NCBI GenBank assembly: GCA_016930635.1
Contig: JAFGGI010000062.1
Location: 12,463-76,462, forward strand
Length of the DNA: 64,000 nt
Reading direction: 5' to 3'
DNA from: Sedimentisphaerales bacterium
Lineage (GTDB): Bacteria > Planctomycetota > Phycisphaerae > Sedimentisphaerales > UBA12454
A program made the position numbers and the translations under genes. The first letter of the stretch is position 1, and every line of letters begins with the position of its first letter. This document shows positions 55,271 through 62,834 of the stretch, in pieces. The notes below the pieces were generated by a model. It saw only the letters and a list, made by a program, of their open reading frames with translations, did no database searches and was not told the origin of the DNA.

Positions 55271-55383
55271 TACTTGCTTTTTCAGCACGATTATGTTATC
55301 CTCATCAAAAACGAGGCCCATTAGCAAGACCAGGTTGTGAGGTAAAATTTTAAATAACCGATTTTCAATGGAGATATATAGTA

Positions 55384-55866
55384 ATGCTTGAACTTATACC
55401 GATATCACTAACCGGTTTCGATAAACTATTGGAAGAAGTCTCTCAGCTCGAAAAGGAAGCCGCTGAGACCCGCCAAAGGGTCAGAGAAGCTCGCGAGCAG
55501 GGCGATTTGAAGGAAAACGGCGAATATATCTACGGCCGAGAGCAGCTCGGCTTTATCGAGGGCCGTCTCGGCCAATTAAGAACAGCCATAAATCAGTCGG
55601 AAAAGATCGATTGCACAAAAGTCAATTGCGACTCTGCCGAATTCGGCACCGTAGTAACCCTGCTGAATATCGATACTGACGAAAAGGTGACATATCAATT
55701 ACTCGGCCCGCATGATGCCAATTTTAAGACTGGAAGCATTTCAATACTCTCTCCGGTAGGAAAGGCCCTGCACGGCCTGAAGATCGGCGACAAAACCTCG
55801 GTAACGATCCCGCGAGGCGAATTCAATTTCGAACTGCTCGAAATAAATAAATCAGAGATTCAATAG
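55384..55866 (+). CDS. greA: transcription elongation factor GreA
   Basis: 160 aa with GDLKENGEY in the coiled-coil tip and the C-terminal SPVGKALHGLKIGD. Confidence 0.9.
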   Translation: MLELIPISLTGFDKLLEEVSQLEKEAAETRQRVREAREQGDLKENGEYIYGREQLGFIEGRLGQLRTAINQSEKIDCTKVNCDSAEFGTVVTLLNIDTDEKVTYQLLGPHDANFKTGSISILSPVGKALHGLKIGDKTSVTIPRGEFNFELLEINKSEIQ

Positions 55867-55900
55867 TAAGCCGCATATTTAGAATTTCGGATTTAGTGCT

Positions 55901-55928
55901 TTGGATTTATTAAACATCTCTGTATAAT
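55901..55928 (+). promoter_or_regulatory. sigma70-like promoter whose -35 lies inside a repeat module
   Basis: TTGGAT (55901-55906), 16 nt, TATAAT (55923-55928). Confidence 0.4.
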
Positions 55929-55981
55929 CTCCTTGTCGCGGGCATAACTGAAAAGGACTTAAAAATTTAGGAGAGTTGACA

Positions 55982-56176
55982 ATGGCAAAGAAGCCGAAAC
56001 CAAAAATGCCTCACGCTTTGCACGAGATACATTTATGTTACCTGGCAAATCTTGACTATCAGACCCAGAAACCCAAACAGTACAAATCTCTCGTAGCAGA
56101 CCCCAGGTATGTATGCAAACAGTGCGGCAGAGTCGCTGCCGACAAAAGAAATCTTTGTAAGCCTGTAAAGCTGTAA
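55982..56176 (+). CDS. small Cys-containing protein of unknown function (64 aa)
   Basis: ATG at 55982 lies 8 nt after AGGAGAG. The C-terminus is YVCKQCGRVAADKRNLCKPVKL. Confidence 0.5.
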   Translation: MAKKPKPKMPHALHEIHLCYLANLDYQTQKPKQYKSLVADPRYVCKQCGRVAADKRNLCKPVKL

Positions 56177-56306
56177 AAATACTTCAGTTTTAGTAATTTG
56201 TATTTAGGATTTGTTTCGGATTCTTGTCCGCCATAGCTTTAGCGGCGGCGGATAGATATTAGGATTTCGGATTTTCTCCTCATCTACTCTTCCACTCCTC
56301 CACCCA

Positions 56307-56642
56307 TTAACTTTTGCGGAAAACTGCCACTATACTTTCTATTTCGATAACGAAAAGTCTATTACTTCCTTCGAAATCTACAGGGATTGCACCTTTGGGA
56401 TTGAACAGCACTTTATCATATTTTTTTAGAGGCATGTCCGGCATATTTTCTACTTCTGCCGATACTGCTACAATTCTGCCGGTGATGGTTGGTATTTCTA
56501 TATTATCCGGCAGTTTTATTCCGCCTTTGGTTTCTTTTTTATCTTCATCTTTACGGATAAGTATTCTTTTCCCGATGGGCTCAACGGTTTCTATTGTCAT
56601 TGGTTCTGTATCTTGGTTTTTAATTTCTTTATCTGGTTCCAT
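56307..56642 (-). CDS. GroES/Cpn10-family co-chaperonin homolog (no groEL adjacent)
   Basis: 111 aa. IEPIGKRILIRKDEDKKETKGGIKLPD...GRIVAVS...KYDKVLF parallels the GroES pattern. Confidence 0.65.
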   Translation of the reverse strand: MEPDKEIKNQDTEPMTIETVEPIGKRILIRKDEDKKETKGGIKLPDNIEIPTITGRIVAVSAEVENMPDMPLKKYDKVLFNPKGAIPVDFEGSNRLFVIEIESIVAVFRKS

Positions 56643-57104
56643 TTTTTCAATTTACTGTTTTTATGAGTTTAATTCTACCATAATCTTATTTCGCTTGCCG
56701 ATCTCTGAGTTCCGAGCTGCCAGGGACGAGTAGCGAGCAGCGATATCTGCCGGACATGCTTCATCGACAATAGCTTTTTTCTTAACAGCTTTTTTGTGAT
56801 TAATCACTATTTTTTTGGTAGTGATTGCTGAGGATTCTTGTCGTTATTGCAGATTTTTTATCGGTTATAAATGCTTTTTTTGAAGGAAGATACAATCGTT
56901 ATAATGCTTTATCTTGCTGTATTTTGCCTATGTTAACGCAAGATTAGGTTTAAAAGTTTTTTTCGGGTTGATTTTATGTTAGATTTCCTAATGGAAAATT
57001 GAACGAACTGCCGATTAGTTAAGTAGTAGTATGTAGGTGTTATAGGCCGAATTATTTATTATATTGCTATTTGGAATAGTAAACGAACAGCTGATTAAAT
57101 TATT

Positions 57105-57183
57105 ATATTTAGACTGAAATCTTCTTCTTCCTCCTCCTGCGAGCAGTTGGTGTTTCTTCACCGGGCACAACTGCTCGTTTTTT
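57105..57183 (+). ncRNA. candidate small RNA: CU-rich single-stranded tract plus intrinsic terminator
   Basis: AUCUUCUUCUUCCUCCUCCU lies at 57119-57138. A 10-bp stem pairs cgagcagttg (57140-57149) with caactgctcg (57168-57177) and is followed by T6 (57178-57183). The 5' end is a guess; a TTGGAA-18-TTAAAT promoter may sit at 57071-57100. Confidence 0.4.
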
Positions 57184-57279
57184 ATTTGTTTTTTTTATCT
57201 TTGTTTGTTTATTTTTGTGTGAATGTATAGGTTCGGTTTGGGATTGTGGGCTGATTTGAAGGTTTTGTAAAAAGCTTGA

Positions 57280-57324
57280 TTTTTTTTGGGGGGGGGTGTG
57301 GGGGTGTATGATGGCGGGGTGAGG
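57280..57324 (+). repeat. homopolymer T8-G9 followed by G5 and G4 tracts (G-quadruplex or slippage-prone)
   Basis: ttttttttgggggggggtgtgggggtgtatgatggcggggtgagg, read directly. Confidence 0.7.
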
Positions 57325-57673
57325 AAGTAATCATGAAAAAGTTTTGTGTTATTTTGATACTGCTGTTATAGGCCATTCATTGTTTACGTCAGATGATACA
57401 GAAATAAGAAAGAAAAATAACAAGCAAATTTCGGCAAAAACGGATAAGAGCGAGGCAACAGCAATAAGACTTGTTTTTTTAGTGTGTTTGCCAGTTATAT
57501 AAATCGCCTCTGGAATTATTTATATTGATTTTATCGCCAGGTGTTGGGTTTAGCAAGGGGAATTTATTAGGGGATAGAATATTAAAGAATGAATATTGAG
57601 TTGAGAATCCGCCGGTGGTGGAGGACATCTTTAACGTCCAACATCGAACGTTGAACTTTGAACATCCAAGACC

Positions 57674-57865
57674 GAGATTGCCGCGCTGCGCTCGCAATGA
57701 CCCCGCACCAAATTACGGCAGTGGCCTATTTGATGCGGGGCAAGCAGAGAAAGATTCTTCACTTCGTTCAGAATGACAAAAAAAGTGTGAAAGGTGGGAA
57801 GGGAAGGTTTATGCTTTTTTTGCAGCGACCACCGCACCAATTTGTTTTACCGTAGGGATATAGGA
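57674..57865. repeat. repeat mosaic downstream of topA
   Basis: GAGATTGCC..CTCGCAATGAC lies at 57674-57701. ccccgcaccaaattacggcagtggcctatttgatgcgggg lies at 57700-57740. GATTCTTCACTTCGTTCAGAATGAC lies at 57753-57777. gtagggatataggag lies near 57852. Confidence 0.8.
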
Positions 57866-57892
57866 GTAATTGAATATTGCATTGGTGCGGGA

Positions 57893-60313
57893 CTAAGCTT
57901 TTTTGGTTCTTTTTGGAGTTTTCTTTGCAGCCTTCTTTTTGGCAGCGGGTTTTTTTGTTCTGCCAAGCAATTCATCGGCCTCTTCAAATGTTTTGGGCGG
58001 CCAGGTACCTTTTTCCTGGAGGGCCTTTAAGTTATCAAGCTGCTTGAAGCTAATTATAGTTCTGCATCTGGGGAATTTGTTACAGCCTAAGAATGGGCCT
58101 TTTTTGCTTTGCCTTATGACAAGTTCGCCGGTGGAACATTTATAACATTTGATACCTGTCGGCTGCGGCGGCGGGGCGGGAGGAACTATGTTGCCATCCT
58201 TATCGATTTTCTGAGTTGTTTTGCATTCGGGATAGTCGGAGCAGCCCAGGAATGTTCCGAAGCGGCTTTGCTTTTTTATCATAGGTTTGCCGCAGTTGGG
58301 GCATTTATGTTCGGTAACTTCGGCTTCGATTATTTTGCCTTCTTTGTCGCAGGGGGCGGCGAATTTACATTCGGGATAATCTGAGCAGCTCAGGAACGTG
58401 CCGTTTTTACCGAGCCGGTAAACCATCGGTTTTCCGCACTGGGTGCAGGTGTATTCGCTTGGTTTGGTTTCTGCTTTTGCGTGTTTCATTTTGTCGGCTG
58501 CTTTTTCGAGATTCTGTTTGAACGGGCCGTAGAATTCGTTGAGGACGCTTAGCCAGTCGAGATGCTGTTCTTCGATCTTGTCGAGTTGTTCTTCCATATG
58601 TCTTGTAAAGGCCATGTCCATAATTCTTGGGAAGAATTCATCGAGCTTTTCGGTTACAACTTCACCGATGTCAGTAGTGTGGAATTGTCTGTCGATCTGT
58701 TCGACGTATTTTCTGTCCTGTATGGTGCTGATGATAGAGGCGTAGGTGCTCGGCCGGCCGATACCTTCTTTTTCCAGTGCTTTTACAAGTGATGCTTCAT
58801 TGTAACGGGCGGGCGGTTTTGTGAAGTGCTGGACTGGTTTTATTTCGATTTGGCCTACTTTGTCGCCTTCGCTGAGTTCGGGAAGCTGCTGGTCGGTGGA
58901 AGAAGTGGGCCAGACTTTTGTAAAGCCTGCGAAGACGAGGGTTCTGCCGTGGGCCTTGTAGCAGCATTTTCCCATATTGGTATCTGCCGTGATATCGAGG
59001 GTTGTGGTGTTCCATTTGGCAGGGGCCATCTGTGAGGCGACGAATCTTTGCCAGATTAGCTGATAGAGTTTGTATTGTTCGGTGCTTAGCAGATCCTTTA
59101 TCTGTTTCGGGTCAATATCGACATCGGTAGGTCTGATAGCTTCATGGGCCTGCTGAGCGTTTTTCTTTGAGGTGTAAATGTTTGCTTTTGGTGGCAGGTA
59201 TTCTGCGCCGATATTATTTTCGATATATTTTCTGGCTTCGTTGAGCGCTTCAGGCGAGAGGTGTGTGCTGTCGGTTCTCATATATGTAATCAGGCCCAGG
59301 GTCCCCATAGAGCCGAGGTCGATACCTTCGTATAACTGCTGAGCGATACGCATAGTTCTTTTTGCGGCGAAGCCGAGGCGATTGGCTGCTGCCTGCTGGA
59401 GAGTTGAAGTAATAAACGGTGGTGCGGGACGCGAGGTGGAGCTTTTTTCCTGGATGTCTGTGATGGAAAAGTCGGCGTTTTCAAGGGCCTGGAAGATTTC
59501 TTTTGCCTGGGTTTCGTTATTTGCATCGAAAGTTTTGCCGGCTACAGTAGAAAGTTCGGCTTTAAAGGCGTTGTGCTCGGCAAGCCATTTATTTTGCTTT
59601 GCCAGTGTAGGGCCCTTATCTTTGTCATCCGTTGTTTCTATAAATTTTTGCCACTGCTGAGCATACTGGGAGCATTTGTCGAGATTGTTTGTGAAGACAG
59701 CAGGTATAAGCCAGTATTCGATAGGATCAAAGGCACGTATTTCACGTTCACGTTCGACTATCATCTTGACGGCGACTGACTGTACCCGGCCGGCGGAGAG
59801 GCCTCTTGCGACTTTTTTCCAGAGCAGTGGACTTATCTGATAGCCGACGATGCGGTCGAGGATTCTTCTGGCCTGCTGGGCCATTACCTTGTCCATATCG
59901 ATTTTGCCGGGGTTTTCAAAGGCCTGGGTGATTGCCCTTTTTGTTATCTCGTTAAATATGACGCGGTTGGTTTTTTTCTCGGGCACGCCAAGCGCCTCGG
60001 ACAGATGCCAGGCGATGGCTTCTCCTTCCCTGTCAAGGTCGGTTGCCAGATAGAGTCTGTTACAATCTTTTGCGAGGGATTTTAATGTACTTACCAGTTT
60101 TTTTCTGGCGGGGGAGATTTCGTAAGTCGGCTGGAAATCATTTTCGATGTCAACGCTCAGGCCCTTTGACGGGAGGTCGCGTACGTGTCCCATAGAGGCC
60201 TGGACCTTGAAATCGGAACCGAGATATTTATTTATCGTTTTTGCTTTTGCAGGGGATTCGACGATTACAAGGTTCTTAGCTGTCGGACTTTTTGAACGAG
60301 TTGTTTTTGCCAT
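57893..60313 (-). CDS. topA: DNA topoisomerase I
   Basis: 806 aa with the Toprim motif LVIVESPAKAKTI, the active-site region GLITYMRTDS and several C-terminal zinc ribbons (CTQCGKPM, CPNCGKPM). Confidence 0.95.
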   Translation of the reverse strand: MAKTTRSKSPTAKNLVIVESPAKAKTINKYLGSDFKVQASMGHVRDLPSKGLSVDIENDFQPTYEISPARKKLVSTLKSLAKDCNRLYLATDLDREGEAIAWHLSEALGVPEKKTNRVIFNEITKRAITQAFENPGKIDMDKVMAQQARRILDRIVGYQISPLLWKKVARGLSAGRVQSVAVKMIVEREREIRAFDPIEYWLIPAVFTNNLDKCSQYAQQWQKFIETTDDKDKGPTLAKQNKWLAEHNAFKAELSTVAGKTFDANNETQAKEIFQALENADFSITDIQEKSSTSRPAPPFITSTLQQAAANRLGFAAKRTMRIAQQLYEGIDLGSMGTLGLITYMRTDSTHLSPEALNEARKYIENNIGAEYLPPKANIYTSKKNAQQAHEAIRPTDVDIDPKQIKDLLSTEQYKLYQLIWQRFVASQMAPAKWNTTTLDITADTNMGKCCYKAHGRTLVFAGFTKVWPTSSTDQQLPELSEGDKVGQIEIKPVQHFTKPPARYNEASLVKALEKEGIGRPSTYASIISTIQDRKYVEQIDRQFHTTDIGEVVTEKLDEFFPRIMDMAFTRHMEEQLDKIEEQHLDWLSVLNEFYGPFKQNLEKAADKMKHAKAETKPSEYTCTQCGKPMVYRLGKNGTFLSCSDYPECKFAAPCDKEGKIIEAEVTEHKCPNCGKPMIKKQSRFGTFLGCSDYPECKTTQKIDKDGNIVPPAPPPQPTGIKCYKCSTGELVIRQSKKGPFLGCNKFPRCRTIISFKQLDNLKALQEKGTWPPKTFEEADELLGRTKKPAAKKKAAKKTPKRTKKA

Positions 60314-60352
60314 AGTCAGTAAAAAGAGTAATAATTTTTCAGTTTAGATTAA

Positions 60353-60507
60353 GAGCCTCTAACAAAATGCCTTTGCATTCAAGCGGCTTATTTTTTGTCT
60401 GAACTGCGTCAGGCTGTATCGACAGTCTTCAGACTGCCTGCTTCGCCTTCCTTGCCAGACAAAAAAACGCTCGCTTTCGGTGCGACAACTCATTTTGTTA
60501 GAAACTC
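60353..60507 (-). ncRNA. 155-nt long imperfect hairpin: structured topA 5' leader or independent 6S-like RNA
   Basis: The outer helix pairs tctaacaaaatg (60358-60369) with cattttgttaga (60491-60502). The second helix pairs ttttttgtctg (60391-60401) with cagacaaaaaa (60456-60466). The apex carries cagtct/agactg and caggc/gcctg helices. Confidence 0.4.
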
Positions 60508-60513
60508 TAAGGA

Positions 60514-60542
60514 CAAATACATTCTGGGCGGAATATTGTCAA
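60514..60542 (-). promoter_or_regulatory. sigma70-like promoter placing the TSS at the base of the hairpin
   Basis: Minus strand reads TTGACA (60542-60537), 17 nt, TATTTG (60519-60514). Confidence 0.45.
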
Positions 60543-60678
60543 GAAAAAACAGTTTTTATATCGGACTAAGATAATTAAAAGTAATATTTAGGTATAAATC
60601 GGCGTAAAATCGTGAACGCGGGTATAATTTGGACGTATGAGATAATAGAAGCCTTTAATGTTTACAAGGGGGCTTAAA

Positions 60679-60894
60679 ATGCATGTACCTTTATGCATAG
60701 TGAATCTTGACCGGAAGCTACATCATTGGGAGCATGACTTTTTGGTCACATCGGGGAAGATTTTTCATAATCCTGAGACGATGGGCGCGATTGTGATATT
60801 GACGCTTCTATTTTTAGGGTTTTTACTTTTTACTATTTTAGTTCAAATCACCAGCGACCCGATGCAAGTACCGATGGGGCCGTATTATTATTAA
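60679..60894 (+). CDS. tail-anchored mini-protein, paralog 1 (71 aa)
   Basis: ATG at 60679 follows AAGGGGG. The sequence is MHVPLCIVNLDRKLHHWEHDFLV...TM(AIVILTLLFLGFLLFTILV). Confidence 0.5.
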   Translation: MHVPLCIVNLDRKLHHWEHDFLVTSGKIFHNPETMGAIVILTLLFLGFLLFTILVQITSDPMQVPMGPYYY

Positions 60895-60968
60895 TGCTAA
60901 GAGATTGATTAAAACTTTTGGTTTTGTATGAGCTGAAGGAGGCTTTAATGTTTAGAAGGAGACCGAGA

Positions 60969-61229
60969 ATGCATGTACCTGTATGCATAGTAAGACTTGA
61001 CCAGAAGGCGGCACGTTTAGAAAACGATTTTCTAACAGGTTGGATGAAGCTTGACCAGAATTTGCAGCGTTTAGAACATGATTTTGTGGTCGCATCGCAA
61101 AAAATAATTGGTAACCCACAGATGTTTGGTGCGGTCGTATTATGGGCTTTTATAACTTTGAGTATAATAGTCCTTGTCATGTTCGCCAGTAACAGCAGTA
61201 CTTTGAAGCTGCCGACAGGACCATATTAA
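60969..61229 (+). CDS. tail-anchored mini-protein, paralog 2 (86 aa, internal duplication of the LDxK..LExDF unit)
   Basis: ATG at 60969 follows AAGGAGA. The sequence is MHVPVCIVRLDQKAARLENDFLTGWMKLDQNLQRLEHDFVV...TM. Confidence 0.5.
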   Translation: MHVPVCIVRLDQKAARLENDFLTGWMKLDQNLQRLEHDFVVASQKIIGNPQMFGAVVLWAFITLSIIVLVMFASNSSTLKLPTGPY

Positions 61230-61242
61230 GGATAATAGTTGA

Positions 61243-61860
61243 TTAAGACTTTTGGTTTTGTATAAGTTGTTGGAGGAGCGGGGAGAATTTTTTAACTGCA
61301 TTTCCACGATGAGAGAGGCTGTTTTTTTCTTCTGCGGATAATTGTGCAACTGTTTTATTCAATTCAGGCAGGAAAAACACGGGGTCGTAGCCAAAGCCGT
61401 TTGAACCTGTTTCTTTTTCTGTAATAATCCCTTCGAGTTTACCTTCGGTTTCAATTAGAACTTTTTCAGGAGATGCAAGGCACAGGTGGCAGACGAATCT
61501 TGCGGTTCTTTTTTCCTTCGGGACATCTTTCATAAGGTCCAGGACCTTTACCATGTTCTTGTGGTCGAGGAGTTGTCGGTTTTTTTCTTTTTCGCCGCTG
61601 AATCGTGCTGAGTTTACACCCGGTGCGCCGTCGAGTGCATCGATAACAAGGCCTGAGTCGTCAGCGAGGGTCCACAGGCCGGTCTGCTTTGCGTAGCCGA
61701 GGGATTTTTTTTGAGCGTTTTGTGCAAAAGTCTGGCCATCTTCGGGGATTTCTTTTATGTCGGGGAAATCAGAAAGACTTTTGAAGTCGATATTGACATT
61801 GAGCATTGCCGAAATTTCAGCGAGTTTACCAGGATTGGTTGTGGCAATTAGAATTTCCAT
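61243..61860 (-). CDS. rdgB: dITP/XTP pyrophosphatase (RdgB/HAM1 family)
   Basis: 205 aa with ILIATTNPGKLAE, DDSGLVIDAL.GAPGV.SAR and GFGYDPVF. Confidence 0.9.
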   Translation of the reverse strand: MEILIATTNPGKLAEISAMLNVNIDFKSLSDFPDIKEIPEDGQTFAQNAQKKSLGYAKQTGLWTLADDSGLVIDALDGAPGVNSARFSGEKEKNRQLLDHKNMVKVLDLMKDVPKEKRTARFVCHLCLASPEKVLIETEGKLEGIITEKETGSNGFGYDPVFFLPELNKTVAQLSAEEKNSLSHRGNAVKKFSPLLQQLIQNQKS

Positions 61861-62768
61861 CAGGCCAGGAGTTTTTTTAGTAATGCGCGCTGGAAGTGCA
61901 GGCGGTTTTCAGACTGGTCGAAGATAATCGAATTTTCAGATTCGATCATATCATCAGTTATTTCGCATCCTCGATATGCGGGCAGGCAGTGCATGATTTT
62001 CGCTTTGGGTGAGGCCTTGAGTAAATCAGCGTTAATCTGAAAGCCCTGGAAGTCGGCGACGCGTTTTTGCTTTTGATCTTCCTGGCCCATGCTTGTCCAG
62101 GTGTCGGTGTAGATCACATCGGCATCTTTAGCGGCCTGGAGAGGGTTGTTTGTAGGAGTTGTTGTGCCGGCAATGATCTCGTTTGTACGCAGGACAGACT
62201 TATCATCAAGCTCATATCCTTTGGGAGATGCGACTGTAATTTTCATCTCGAGTTTTGCACAGACGAAGGCCAATGAACGTGCGACATTGTTGCCGTCGCC
62301 GATGAAGGCAATTTTTATGCCTTTAAGTTTGCCGAAGTGTTCGCGGATTGTCATAACATCAGCCATTGCCTGACAGGGATGCGACCAGTCGGTAAGTGCA
62401 TTTATGACGGGTATCTCGGCGAATTCGGCAAGTTTCATAACCGTTTCATGTGCGAATGTTCTTGCCATTATTCCATCGGCATAGCGGTCAAGGACGCGGG
62501 CCATGTCTTTTATCGGTTCGCGTTTGCCGATACCGCCGATGTCTTCGGGTTTTACATAGATGGGACTGCCGCCGAGCTGGGCCATTGCGATTTGAAAACT
62601 CATCCGTGTGCGCAGGGATGGTTTTTCAAAGAGCATTACCAGAGTTTTTCCGGCGAGGCAGTTGTCAGTCTTGCCTTTTTTGTAGAGCTTTTTGAGCTTA
62701 TCGCTTAAATCGAGCAGGTCAAGAAGCTCTTGTGTCGTGCATTTACTTATAGATAGAAAATCTTTCAT
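61860..62768 (-). CDS. argF: ornithine carbamoyltransferase
   Basis: 302 aa with FEKPSLRTRMSF, HPCQAMAD and MHCLPA. Confidence 0.95.
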   Translation of the reverse strand: MKDFLSISKCTTQELLDLLDLSDKLKKLYKKGKTDNCLAGKTLVMLFEKPSLRTRMSFQIAMAQLGGSPIYVKPEDIGGIGKREPIKDMARVLDRYADGIMARTFAHETVMKLAEFAEIPVINALTDWSHPCQAMADVMTIREHFGKLKGIKIAFIGDGNNVARSLAFVCAKLEMKITVASPKGYELDDKSVLRTNEIIAGTTTPTNNPLQAAKDADVIYTDTWTSMGQEDQKQKRVADFQGFQINADLLKASPKAKIMHCLPAYRGCEITDDMIESENSIIFDQSENRLHFQRALLKKLLA

Positions 62769-62834
62769 TTATACTCCCTGCGCTATCGCTTGGGCTCTGT
62801 AACCCCCAACATAAAGTTGGGGGCTTTTGGTTTA

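Noticed and set aside
57479-57855. ORFs 57479-57697 (-), 57631-57840 (-) and 57658-57855 (+) downstream of topA
   Set aside because: They run through the repeat modules (GCAATGAC, ccccgcacc, GAATGAC). They have no start context and no motifs.
7311-57865. CRISPR array interpretation of the many short repeats
   Set aside because: The repeats are dispersed, occur in both orientations, belong to many families and lack regular repeat-spacer periodicity. No cas genes are present.
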